A program made the translations under genes and the position numbers. 64,000 bases of DNA from Klebsormidium nitens. Taxonomy: Eukaryota; Plantae; Klebsormidiophyceae. The notes below the pieces were generated by a model that did not search any database, was not told where the DNA came from, and worked only from the letters and a program-made list of their open reading frames with translations. Each line of letters starts with the position of its first letter. The stretch's first letter is position 1. Location of the stretch: contig DF237015.1 of assembly GCA_000708835.1 (NCBI GenBank), positions 62,001-126,000 of the forward strand, written 5' to 3'. Shown piece by piece: positions 12,379 to 25,131 of the stretch.

Positions 12379-14951
12379 TCAAGTGCAGTCGGCAATGAAC
12401 GGCTTGATTGCATCAACAAACTCCGACACTTCGAGCCCTAGTTTCAGATCCACTTCTCCGGCCCCAAGCCAGAAGAACGGTGGCGACAAAGTCGTGATGG
12501 CGTCAGACAGGATGACCTGCAAATGTGAGGTGCGATACACATCACGTTAAGGTGGGAAGCTTGACAAAATGACGGCGCAACACGAGCCCGACAGATGTAG
12601 TAAAACTTCACGAAAAGTACAGAGTGCACCAGAAATGTAGAACGTCAGAGTCACACGCAACGAAACAGAAGTACCTAACATCATCAAATGGCAGCCGTCA
12701 GGATAGACTACTGACTCTCAGCATCTTAAAGCTTCTGTTCCGTAGACGAGCCGGCTGAGAAGTCGAAGTTGGTGAGTCAACTTCTCAGCCGGCTGAATGT
12801 TGGAGGAACTTCAGAAGCCCTCGTTGCGACTTCCAGGAACTAAGGCGCTTACCGGAATGTCGGTCCTCATGCCAAACGGAGTGACGCTGTTGTGCGTGTA
12901 GCCGGTCAACTCGTCGGACACTTCAGATGGCGCAAGCCGCACTGCAGTGAAGGCGTATTGAAGGCGGCTGAGTGACTGTCCAAAAAGAATACAAACGAAG
13001 GCAACAACAAAAAACATTCGTAGAAGAAGCAGAGTAGAGTGGCAAGGACTGAAACTACGATAGAAAAGGCTCAGACGACTTCTTGGACGAAGAAGGCATT
13101 GAACGACCTCGATTGTGCTTGATAACGGAAGCCATGAAAGGTCTCGCTTTGAGGAAGTGAGGAAGCTGTTGGGACATAGCAAGCTTCATGGGCAAGCACA
13201 GAATCCGCTCTCTGTTGCCGGTGTGGTGCGACTCACTGTTGATCCGCTTTTTGGGAAGCTTGCCCTCGTTCAGACCATAAACGAAGTTCTTTAGTTTCTC
13301 TGTGTTCAGCTTCGCAACATACTGCACAACGAACGTCGACGGGTGTGATCAGTCCGGCAGTTGATGCCTGCAAATCGAGCATTGAGCGAACCTCATTTCC
13401 TCAAAACAACTCAAGGCGGTCAAAAAGCATCAAGATCAGGTGCGGGGTAGTCCATTCGCCCAGGCAGAAAGCCATACCTCAGGATAGAACGACAAGAAAC
13501 AAGGAGCCAGATTAGGCCCGTGAGTACAAGCAAAAACTGATTCTGAAACAGCCAAATCTAGATAAGGCACAATGGATTCCAACCAAGGTCAAGGGGCAGC
13601 TAGGTTAACTAGATGCGGGAGGAGTGGGATGGAAGGTGGCGTACCTGGACGACCACGACATAATACTTGGAGTTCCTCGGATTGCTGCAGTTGACAACAT
13701 CGGCGGGCGCCTGCGTATTCGTCTGCAACAGCACATGCAGGCGACAGTGAGCCAGCAAAGTCAATGACTTCATTTTTAGAAAACGGGATCAGCAGTTGGC
13801 CAACTCTGTCGAGTTCACGGGCCCCTCTTCGAGAGAGGCTTGGAAAGGCTGGCCTGAATGAAGAACCGAGAGGGCGCCTGCATATTTTCATGAATTACAG
13901 TAAACGGCGGTTCACAAAATGGGAGTCATAGCTTTTCCGTGTACTCTGGGTGAAGAATGGTAGGATCACTTATTGATTGAGAGCCTTGAGTGTGCCAAGC
14001 AGGTAGTCAACTCTGCCAAGTTCGGAACACAGCGCGAACAGGCTAACCAGCTTGAGAGTAAGGATCACTGTCCAGGGGGGCGGTTTCCACTCTAGGGGGA
14101 CGGCTGGTAGTGCAGGCAAATAAGGGGTGGGGGGGAGAAGGGGGGGGGAAAAGAAGAAAACAACTTCTGGCAGGATCGAACCCCATCGAATTGGGGAGTG
14201 TTTGAATGCTTCCTTCCAGGATGGAGCTCCTACCTTGCTAATCATTGCAAAGACGACTCTCCAGAAAAGATCCAGCACGATGGCGACTCACCATGACTAT
14301 GCTCTTGCACAGGTGGTCAACCGAAGGCGCCCCCAGCAGGTCTCGCCGCTCCTCGAGGCTCCTCTCATAGTAGTCTTCTGGAACAGCCTTGAATCGCACG
14401 GTTTGACAACCCAGCGATCGGCAGATCTTTTCCAACCTCTGTCGCGTGGTGCATGACGTTTCACCCTCCTCCGCATTTGTATGAGCGCTCAGCCCATCGG
14501 GCTTTGCTGCAGCACCATTTGATTCACTGCCTTTGTCTACTGGAAGCGCAATCTTTGGTGCTTCGCTTTGTAGACCGTTTGCCCCTGTCTCCGACCTTGT
14601 AAACTGCTCCGAGATATCCCGCTTAGTTTGTGCTTCGTCCTGCGATGTCCCAGCGTGATCTGGCCGCTCAATTGTGCTGACAGCAGCCAAGTCCACATGC
14701 CTGCCAACTGAGTCTCGAAGATCAGGCGGACTTTTCTGCCGAGAGGCTGCTTCCGCATCCTGCGTACCTTTTGCAGCATTTTCCCTCATGGTTGAAGCTT
14801 CTGCACAAAAAGAGCCTGGCCGTCTAAGCTCCTTCATGATTAGCTCAAGGTCGGCAATGCGGTCCAATATCCGCGTCTGCCTCTCTGCCAGCCTCCGCAA
14901 TGCTGGGCCATCGGCCGGGACATTTGAACCGTCTGATTGGGCCATGCTCAT
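12379..14951 (-). CDS. YbaK / prolyl-tRNA editing domain protein with N-terminal coiled coil
   Basis: Exons 14951-14292, 13722-13645, 13321-13237, 12941-12853, 12516-12379 join in frame. Motifs VPEDYYERSLEERRDLLGAPSVDHLCKSIVM, SKYYVVVVQY, RLAPSEVSDELTGYTHNSVTPFGM, FFWLGAGEVDLKLG. First ATG is at 14951; the track start at 14984 is a GTG. Confidence 0.92.
12749..12794. repeat. Perfect 15-bp inverted repeat with a 16-nt loop in the last YbaK intron
   Basis: AGCCGGCTGAGAAGT (12749-12763) and ACTTCTCAGCCGGCT (12780-12794) are exact reverse complements. Confidence 0.9.
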
Positions 14952-15364
14952 TGCAGCCTCTCCTCTTCTTGTCTGCCGCACCACCCGCCTCTGCAGTCTG
15001 CCACCAGCTTTTAGATGTAAAAGAAGCTCCAGAGCGGCTCCAGAAGTAGAGTAGGTAGGACCTAGGTACCTAAGGCTATCGCTGTCGCTTCGTTTGCTCC
15101 TAGAACTTGAAGGCCAGCGCCTGCATATTTAATGAGTGAGTAATTTAAGATCATAGGAAGGACCAAATTGCAGAAGATAGACGTAAATTTGTTTTACATT
15201 CTGCTGAAAGCCACTGGATCTAGCTGATGTCGTATGACTCACCGAGACGGCTTCTGGCGCCCCTGGCAACAGTCGACGAACCTGAGACAGGTGAGTGGTA
15301 AAGGTGGCTTCCGAGGGAACGGCAAGTTATAAGTATGCCCTTTCTAAAATGCGCAATTAGAAAT

Positions 15365-15392
15365 TTCAAACATTAGAAATTTGAAATTTGAA
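15365..15392. promoter_or_regulatory. Cluster of three TTTGAA (CHR-like) hexamers in the YbaK/TK divergent spacer
   Basis: TTCAAA 15365-15370, TTTGAA 15380-15385, TTTGAA 15387-15392, in an AT-rich block flanked by AAATGCGCAATT twice. Function is inferred only. Confidence 0.35.
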
Positions 15393-15770
15393 ATGCGCAA
15401 TTTTGCAATTCTAAATTTGCGCCATCTTCAACTATGGTCCAACTGATCAGCCCCTGGACGTCAGGATCTTGTGAGCTCCACCAGTGGCGCAAGGAAAAGG
15501 CCCCCTCGAATCAACAGCAGCTTCTCAGATCTTTCATCAAGGGGACATCAGATGCAAGGAAGCTCTAATCTTACAGCGCTGGTGTGCCAGTCCCACAGAC
15601 TCCCTCTTACGAGCTGCGTGTGGCTTGATATTCATCTCTGGAAACGTTGGCGGTTTTCTCAACAGCATCATACTACGCGCTTCCTAGACTTGAGGCGCGT
15701 CGAGAATCCTGCTTGGACTTTGTAGAGGCTCAGGGGTGCTGAGCAGAGCAAAGAGTGTTTCGCCACTGCC

Positions 15771-18482
15771 ATGAGTCATGCAGACATGATCACCCCATTT
15801 TCGGCCAGTGTCGGGCGAAACTGCCTGCACTGGGCCCTGACCAACACCCAAAGTGCGCTGCGCGCGGCCACCCTGAATGTGCCTGCCCTACAACCCACTC
15901 CGCTTCTCAAGAGAAGCTTGCAAACGACTCCATGTGCCACAATCGCCAGCATAAGCGAGCAGTGTCCCTCTCGGGGGGGCTTCCAAAGCTTGGGGCGTGA
16001 TGATTTGCAGCATAGCAGTCTCCCAAGGCTGCGGGGAATTCACTCGCAGCCTTACTGGGGGAAATCAGTGTTTCTCTCCCCCGCTTCTAGTTCTTCCAGC
16101 CTCTTCTCCCCCACCCCCCAATGCCACGGTGGCACAGCAGCAGCCCATGCGAGCGGTCGCAACTCGCAACCATCGACACAGAGTCGGTGTTCCTCATCTG
16201 ACTCAGCGAGCACTTCTTCAAGATCTGCAGACGAGAGTGTTGAGCCCCCCAGCGAAAGCGGGGTGCGTGTTGCGGTGGGCTCCATCCACCTGATCATGGG
16301 GCCCATGTTTGCGGGCAAAACGACTGCGCTGCTCGCGCGAATGCAGGATGCAGTGTCGGCCGGAAAGTGAGTGAACATCCTCTCCTTGCCTCTGGCCTTC
16401 ATACTCTTTGCTCGATCGTTCATATAAGACCTCTTTGTGCAGTCTTCCTTTCCACAAGATGTTTTCTGTAGGGTCATGTGTCCTGACGCCAAAGACTGGT
16501 TCACGGTAACCCGTCCTGAGCTCAGGCTAAGACACTTTCTGAATATGGCGTTGAGATCCCATTCGCAAAGCTGAGAAAATGTGCTGACAACCAAGTTCGT
16601 CCATTCACGCGCTCAACGGATGTCACTGGGAATTGCGGACGGTTCCTGGATCGTGCTTCAATTGGAGCACAGAATCCTAATCTGTTCATGTTTGGGTAAA
16701 CGGCAACTTTCCTCAGGAGGCTGATCTTCTGGGTCAAAAGTGTCCACAGATCCATTTCTGTGAAGCCTACTTACCATTGTGAAGGTGCCATCTTCCCTTT
16801 AATCAAGTTGCACATTGCACCCAAGTCTCCTAATCCCCTTCTTGTTGACGCCTGTTTGTCCGGCCTGCACTCTCCCACCAAATCGAATTATCGATGTGGG
16901 AAAAACTGGGGTAAGAATCTTAAGAATATCAGCCGCATTTGTTTTTCCGCCTTCTGCAGAAAGATTGCGCTAGTGAAGTCGGGCATCGACGTGCGGTACG
17001 GTCTGACGGACGTTGTTTCGCATGACGGGACCCGTATGCCCTGCTTAGCGGTGAACACTCTGCAGGACTTTCGCACCACCATAGGGGATGCGGAGTATGA
17101 CGAGGTCAGTTGTATGCAGCATCTGACTTGTTCTAATTATGAAAGAGCAATCTGAAGCAGGTTTAAGGTGTTCTGGGTGTCCACTTTGAATCTAGTGGAA
17201 GGATGGCAGATGACACTTTTGCAGTGCAAGTTTTCATCTATGTGGTCGATTGGAAGTCAAGGAAGAACACGTTTTGGGGGTCGAGGAAACACGAGAAACC
17301 GGCATGTTGGCAAAGCTCAACGTTACTTAGCTGTCTAGCAAACTTGCCGTTGAGATGAATGTTGCAATCGAAATTACATGTGAGGCACGCTGATCTTCCC
17401 AACGTCCTGCAGTTCCGTGAAGAGGACCCGAGAATTGAGTAATCAGTAAGGTTTCCTTCAAAAAGTACGAGTTTCGTCGAGTAGCACCAACAGTACTTTT
17501 CAAGGAACGACCCTCTTTTCCTAAAGCACGATATAGAATCTCATGCCGGTCTTGTTCGACAGCTGGAGGTCATTGGCATCGACGAAGCCCAGTTCTTTTC
17601 GGACCTGGACGCCTTCTGTCGGCAAGCAGCGGACAGAGACCACAAGGAGCTGGTGGTTGCTGGTCTCGACGGAGATTTTAAAAGGTGAGTCCTAATCTTG
17701 CTCTTGACGTCTTGGAAGCCTGACTTTAAAGGGTATAGGGTTTTGCACTTTCCCTCGAACCTTTCCGAGATCAGTAAAAGATCCCCGAGCGCCATGCACG
17801 GTGTCCTTCTTCGACGTAGTGTAATGACGCTTCAGGAACTTTGCAAAGGGCACCTATGGTAGCGAATTTTCTGGCCAAGTGGAGCGAACCGGCTACCTTG
17901 CAGATGGGGGAAAATTTAAATTCGGGCACCAATCTGTTGATTCAGTCCCATTCATTGACTGTTTGTAAATTCAGACTGATTCGAAGGAGGCTGCGATAGC
18001 CCTTTCGCGACCACGCGGTTTGCCTGCTTGATCGCAAACGTTGAACTTGTTTCTACTCAAAACCATTGCCTTCCTATCACGTACGAGCTTCACTGCGAGA
18101 AAGCAATACCATGCATTTGACTGCCGATTGCATCCTGAGAACTCCCGTCACCTAGGGAGCACCTCACTCTTCGAAGCTCGGTCTTTCGCTTCCCTTTTGA
18201 CACCCGCCTTCGCATTGCAGGCGAAAGTTCGGACAGCTTTTGGACCTGGTCCCCACTGCGGACAGCATCGTGAAGCTGTCTGCGACTTGCGAGCTGTGCA
18301 AGCAGCCCGCGTCGTTCACGCTGCGCACCACGGAGGAGACGGAGACGCAGGTGGTGGGAGGCGCGGATAAGTATATGCCGGTATGTCGGAAGCACTGGGT
18401 AGAGGGTACGTACGCCATAAAAATGGCCCGGACTTTTCTGCGGCGGTCGAAGGTAGGAGAGCCTGCGCCAGCAGCAAAGTGA
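15771..18482 (+). CDS. TK1: Thymidine kinase (TK1 family) with a long Ser-rich N-terminal extension, probably an organellar targeting sequence
   Basis: Exons 15771-16366, 16960-17104, 17563-17684, 18221-18482. P-loop GPMFAGKTT, Walker [26 protein letters not shown], Zn lasso CELC ... [13 protein letters not shown]. Confidence 0.96.
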
Positions 18483-19207
18483 GGGCCATGGGGGCAAATG
18501 GGAGAGGATCGAGGTTTGCAGGTTGATGGGACCGGCCAAGCTTGATTCAAAGGGAACGATTGTCGAGACGTACCAACTTATTATATAAGTCATAAATCAA
18601 GTGCGACACTGTGTAGACGCACCGACGCGTCCTTTGCTTGTTCAGAATCTTTCTGATGTTTGATATGGCGGTCTCTTTGTATTACTCAATCAGGAAGGCC
18701 GTGGAATCTCATTCATCTCAGTGAGCACCAACCATTCTGAGTCCATGCTCAAGTATTAACACACGCAGTAGATTCAGTAGCATGATAGAACGTACACACA
18801 GAATTCTGCCAGATGTCGATCAGGAGGTCTCTGCTGCCCGTGGCCGCACGCCCCAGCTAATATGCAAGTAAACATGTCGACTACGGGACTCTCTGTCATG
18901 AGCTAATTCGATCCGCATGCCATCATGCATGTGATGCCGCTAGGCTGCCGACCCACTATCATGTGAGATATAGTGGGCGTCCCAAGACCACATGCAAATA
19001 AGCGGCCGCCTAAATCAAGGTTAAATAAGCAAGGATATATGGTGCACACAATTTTGTTACCCGCACGCGATCAAAGATATCGCTTCCTGATCGTATATGG
19101 GCCCGCCGCTGATCATCACTCTCGGCCATACACAGTGCAATGCATGACGACGGCCAGAGTATACCGGTCGCGTACGCATAGTGCCCCCCAGTCCAGAGGG
19201 CCTTCCT

Positions 19208-22200
19208 TCACATGAAGATCTCTGTAAGGGGTTTCGTCTTCAATTGGCAGCCTAAAGGACACTTGTAAGTGGGCCGCCTGCCTTTCGAAACCTCCCGAGC
19301 ACGATTGCTGGCTAGGTAATCGTTTGCACAACTAAGGCAAGCCTTGGCGTGACCACAACCGAAAGAAGCTCTCCGTGTCGTCTCGCTCCATTGCTCGAAG
19401 CATATGTCACATCCGCTAGGCTCGTGGACCTGCAGAGGGTCACAAGAAAGATTGCTCGAGTGAGCGCATTGAGCGTATTGGGATCGCATGCCAGTTTCAA
19501 GCGCCCGTGACATCCAAAAATATCAGAAAAGAACAATCTTCTAGGCCGCTTTGGATGTGAAAATACCCCTTACGAAAAGATAATAGCTTCGAATGTCTGG
19601 CTTGAATTTCTGATGCAGCATTCCTTTGATAGTCTTACGACAAATGTTGCAGATTAGAGATGGTGAAAGTCTGGGGACTTGCGACCAGTGGACGAAAAGG
19701 GAACTTGAAGATTTCAAAAACCTCAGGCATGGTAGATGGAGAACGGCATCTTGTAACCAGCAGCAAACGTTCAGAATTTATGGAAAGCTCCTGTGTCCTC
19801 ATTGGCGTGACGCCATACAACAGAAGGTGGCCACCAGAAGCGGTTATCTCAGCTACGTACCTTGACAATCTCGTCTTCTCTTTTTTGGCCAACGCAAGCT
19901 GGGTCTCCAGGGCCCGCACCTCTTCCTTCAAGGCGGCCATGTCTTTCGTTTTTTCTTCGAGTATGACTTTGTATGCTTCCAACTTCCTGCATGCAGAAAG
20001 ACGAAGAACGTGACGAGGGTGCTTTTGCAAACTAAAAGGTTCATGTGCTTTTCGTTAAGGCAAGTTTCTAAAGGCGTTTAATCTATCCTTCACCCCTCCT
20101 CGAACCCTACAGTCCAGTGATGCTAGGCGTGTTTATGACTGCGTTTTCCTCTCGCTTGCGGCTATGCTCACATAGTTCTTTGGAAACATGCAGCGTCCCA
20201 GGTTTTGCGCGAATCGCCCGTGGCAGCAAACATGAAATATCGCAAAGATCTTACGAGCGCAACACATAGAGTTGAAGACATAAATGAAAGCATTGTGCAC
20301 TTACGTAGTCAAGTCCTTATTGAGGGAGTGCTGATCATCCTGGTACTTTAGGAATCTCGCCTCCTTTTGTTGCAGCCTCCTCAAAAGATTCTCCGTCTCA
20401 GCATTGTCTGTCGTCTTCGACTCTTTTACCGCCCTATTCCAAGTCTCCGCTAGTTCTTCAGAGTGTAGCGCCTTCAAGCACCTGAGTTGCTCGAGAAACT
20501 GCATGATTACATGTGAAAATCAGGAAATCCAAGCTTATTGTATGACTACTACAAGGAGGAATAACCTACTTCGCTGGAAGAACCCTTGAGTTAGAGAAGG
20601 GTTAGGCTGGGGCTCGATGGCAACGGCAGATTGGCTGCTATGATGAAGTATTACATTATGTTAGGCTTCGACTTGTGTCTGACTGAGAACAGTTTATCGT
20701 GGGAGCCAGAACCACGTACTCTGCGTCAAGCGGTCACGGCGTTCGGATAACGCCTCTCACCTCGTCCTTCTCGGACGCTCCTTGCATTTCCTGGAGGCGC
20801 CGCTCTTGTTCTTCAATCTGCTCGACAGCCGTTGCTTTGCGGTTCACTTCCTTCTGGCTTGTTCCGGCGGTCACCACTTCAGGAAGAAGATGCTTCGAGG
20901 CTTTCCTTGTAGTTGCGGCTTCCGACTCGCCGCATCTTCGTTCCGCCTCTTTGACGCTTATAGCTACCCACCTCCGTGAACGTTTGCGACCGCGCGGAAA
21001 CCTGCAAAAGTGAACATCACTTGTGCAAGATCCTATCAAAGCAAGGGGTGTGCGCTTTGGAATGTGCTCGTCGGCTCCATCTATCATCATTTCAGCTTAA
21101 GGTCACGCAGACCTTACAACCTTGTGGTCTCTTTCTACAGAAAACTGCACCCGTTTGGCTGGCCGTTCACAAACTTATCCTGCAACAAAATCACAGCGGT
21201 GATCGAGGTTGATTCTTGCCTTTCACCAAAACCAGAGAAAGGCGCTTTGAAGCTAGAGGCGAACCACTTTCAGTCAATCAGTCATTTCCTTCTCCTGTTC
21301 TCTAAGGAATGCGCTTGCAAAAGTGATTCTCAGGACCTCGATTCCGGATCTTGTGATGAGAAAAGCAGTCCAAAGCACATCCTCGAACAGTTTGGTGCTG
21401 AAAACAAACAGGGGAGGTGCCGTCAACAACAAGGAACTTTTACTGTCGGTAGAGACCCCGGTCTCGGAGGTCGTTTTCCCTAGTAGCAAGATAACAGAAC
21501 AGCCGCCGACTTCCATTCTCCTCGACAAGGCCTTGCACGTGCTGCAGCCACGCGCTGAGCTCTTTCTCTACGTTCCGAGAACTGATTGGGAGTCCGCTCT
21601 TAATCAAAACCCGTCCCCATTCTCTTCGGCCTTGTCCCATTGCTTTGAAGTGAGCGTCCATTCCTTTGGCAGCGCTGATGCCTTCGCGGTTTCCTTTGAT
21701 GACGAGGACGGCAGCGCCTGGAGAAGCAGAATAAGCGGTTCCCTTGGTTTCGAAACTTGGGACAAGGATCACGTCATAGTTGACAAGCAATGACAATGCG
21801 GAGTGATTGTGAACCCCCTTCAAACGTTGCTGTTTGTGCATATCATCAAGGGATCTAACAGAATCAAAGAAGACAAGAATCTTCCAGAGCACGGGTATCC
21901 AGAGAAGACTTCACTACCTCAAACAACTCTCTAAGCTGGTCCTGTATCAAACGAAAGATTCATATGTTCTCAGAGAAGCGAACACGTCCAATGATGGTGA
22001 ACCAGCACCAAAAGTTTATTGGTCATGACCCGAAATGCGTCCTGAAACTTTGAAAATAATCTTGAAGACCCTTGGTAGGCTGCAAACGCTGTCACCCAAC
22101 TCTACGCTTATCCATCTTCTTGTATCATTTTTCGAGTTCACGGACCAAGAAGTCCTCCACCTTGCAATCGTTTGAGAGCCACGAGCCATCAGTAGAAAAA

Positions 22201-23500
22201 ATGAGAAGCTCACCCATGTGGCCGTCTTTTCGTGGATTGCTATACACGTTCTGGAAGTGCCATCGGTAGCCAAGTGTCTTCTGGAGGCTTTCTTCAGCGA
22301 CCCCGGTCCACTTTCCATCGAGAACTCCAGTGCGCAGATTATGGACAACGACAGTAGGCGGCCAGATCACGGAATCAAACGGAGACCCAGGCCCACTGTC
22401 ATCTTCCGGTGCCTGAGCGTTCACAGACGGAGGTGCTCCCTGCTTCGAATAGACCCCGGGCCTAACAGAGCTTGCTCCTGCCCCTTCTTCTGCCTCCCGA
22501 TTATCGGAAAGCTGAACCTTGATCTCCTGCTGCCCTGTCTCTGACGATGCTTTCAACCTTTTTGCTCGCGGCTCCGCTAATACACTATCTCGCCTCCCTT
22601 TTTGAAACAGCTGCTTAGGGCTGTGTCCCTGCTCGAAGTCCTGTCCTGGACCATCTTTGCAACGTGACATCGGACGGGAACCGGAAGCACAGAAACTCAT
22701 TTCGCGCTTGCTTCGAGCTCCCTCGACGCTGTCGCTAGTCCCACCCTTCCTAGTCGTTTCTCCTTTCATTGCTGGAAGCTCATTTGTACATCAGTTCTTT
22801 TAGCTTTTCTTCTATTTGAGCTTTCTCTGCAGACTGCACCTAATCCGGAGTGCTTTGTGAAGGACACAAGTCACTGCGGTGTATTTCCCTTCCAGATCCG
22901 TCGGGCGAAGCGAATCCGGTCCTATCGTCGCCATCAACAGAAAAAGCTCCACTGTCTGACCCCCCAGCACCGCAGACCAGGTTGCATTTGCACGGTCCGC
23001 CTTTCTCAGAACGAACCATAGGCCGAGCTCTGAAGGGGGGGATCACTGGCAGGGAACGTTGATTGGACGAAACTGCACCCGTGGATGTCAGAACGCTCGA
23101 ACTCCCTGTCATGCCCGAATATGGAGACACCCTAGTCGAAGAATTGAAGCTTTGGGTGGGATGTGAATTCATCGCAGGGGTTGACTGCGGATGCAAGCAA
23201 AGAGTGGCAGGAGCGCAACCGAGAGAAACCAAATTTGGCGAGGCCCAGTTTGTCGTGGTCTGACTGCTCCATGGTGCCCAGGATATAGAGCTGGGCCGAG
23301 GAAGGGGCACAACTAAAAGGCCCTGTTGCGAGGGGTGCAGAAGGCGAGTATGCTGGAGTTTGTGCATGGGGGAAAGTCACAGCAGCTGTCTGGGACCTCC
23401 ATTGCGGACCAGCAGGCAGATAGGGGTTCTGTTGCTGCCAGAGCGAAGGTGGCCCGCCGGTCATACCTAACGGCTCTGCGTAGCCGCTGCTTGGCTGCAT
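19208..23500 (-). CDS. XS-domain (SGS3/IDN2-like) + coiled coil + C-terminal RING finger protein; spliced model, two junctions uncertain
   Basis: XS domain across exons 22771-22214 and 21717-21444: VIWPPTVVVHNLRTG...GKWTG...DGHMG|AAVLVIKGNREGISAAKGMDAHFKAMGQGRREW...RRLFCYLAT. In-frame downstream exons 21179-21151, 21001-20761, 20498-20305, 19986-19861 are coiled-coil-like. Last exon 19429-19208 reads CDIC..GCGH..CLSC..CPLGC..EIFM*. Possible 5' exons 23500-23467 and 23312 to about 22877. Linking exons 21397-21337 (needs a 46-nt intron) and 19670-19574 were inferred from frame only. Confidence 0.65.
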
Positions 23501-25131
23501 GCTGGAGCGAAGTATGTACTAGGACAAGAAATAAAGTTCGCCTGGTCACTTATAAGTGACTGCGTCTCCCAGAATTGAAAGACCAGTGTGACGTAGTACG
23601 CTGTGGCAATCTGCGGTGCCAAAGCTCATGTTTTGATCCTGTCAATCGAAACGCGGAAAAGTCAGCTGTTTCGAGGCAAATCTCGAGCGCTTAGCGGAGA
23701 GGATTAAAACAGGGTGCGCAAAGCGAATCGAATAAGGGAGGAGCTCCCGCAAAAATTTGCGAAAGGCACACCAATCTTGCGAAGAGAGAGGCTGCCCAAG
23801 GAGCAAGACGAAAGCATTGTCGAGGTCTTCTCTTTGCATGCTGATGTCAAGACAAGCCGGACTGGATCGAACTTTTTGTTGGTGGGGCGTACAACAATTG
23901 TTGACCTTCTAATGTTGACGAAACTGGCTACTACCTACTGGCTGGCGTAAGCTGTCGCGGTCACGTGCGCGCAGGTTTCCCTGAAGCGGCCGCGCCGGCG
24001 CGGGGCGATCGTCGACAGTGACTGTGTAGCGCGCTCGGGCCGGTCCCCAGTCGTCCGCTCCAGGAAGCCATTATTGACGGATCACTCAAGCTTTTGTTAG
24101 GCGCAGATGTTATAGAAGCGCTGATGTCGCTTCTAAACGAAAAGAAGACTCCGTTTTGTGGAGCACAACACTGGCAGTCCAGTAAAGACGGCTTGCGACC
24201 TTAATCTCAAGTGGTAAGACTGACGCTCCGCTACATTTCATGATTCTTGGCAAAGGAATGCCAACTATTGTATAGATGCGAAAAGGGTTTGGAGGAGTCT
24301 CCTCCTTAAAAAGTTGGCATAAGCTGCACGCACTGTCTCATCAGGGAATATTGCAAAGTGCATGATCGAGGCATCAGCCATCTTCTTAAATCAGGAAGGG
24401 TCTAATGCGGCTTACTTGGTGCTTCTTTGAATAGGTAGACCGTTGAACAAAACCATTCAATTCGATACTTGAGCCTTTTTCTCAGTCGTAAACATTGGTC
24501 AACCATAGGCCTTGGCTATGTACAAATAGTAAGCCTAAGAGCCTGGTCCATAACGCCATCCTAAACGACTCCGACACCGGCTTTCGATCGAACGATGAAG
24601 ATGCCAACAGCAGTTACTTTCTCCAGACAGAAAGATTAGCCTGCTTCCGAAAACTTGTCAACATGCTGACTGTGCCTTGGTGATGAACTTTCAGCGGTGA
24701 CAACGGATCTGTTCTGATACAAGAAACGTTTCGCGAAAAACACTGACCTATCCTTGCTGTTTTTGTTCAGAGTCGGCTTGTTTGTTGATGAACAAGCCAA
24801 TATATCTCACTCTTGCAGGTGACTTGGTTTCGGCTGAAAATACGTGGCAAATATATTGGAGGCCTCCAAGCTTAGCGGACCTACTCTCAACTCCAGCGGA
24901 CTCAGCTGCATACAATCATCTTGGATCCAAACAGAGGGCCCTCCAGACCGTTGTGCATCAGCTCATTCGTCCGTCATTGGTTCTGAAAGAACAGTAGTGT
25001 GACTCCTTTGAAGCTTCTCAGCACGTCATTGGTTCGAGACTTGCCACAAGGAGCGGAAAGAGGGGCACGGGAAATCCGTTGTCTAATTCTAATGAAGTTT
25101 CTGTCCTGGAGTTGGCTACACGTGTGTTGCC

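Noticed and set aside
19031-19038. U12-type ATATCCTT 5' splice site on the minus strand
   Set aside because: It lies downstream of the RING stop codon and I found no matching branch site or AC acceptor; probably chance.
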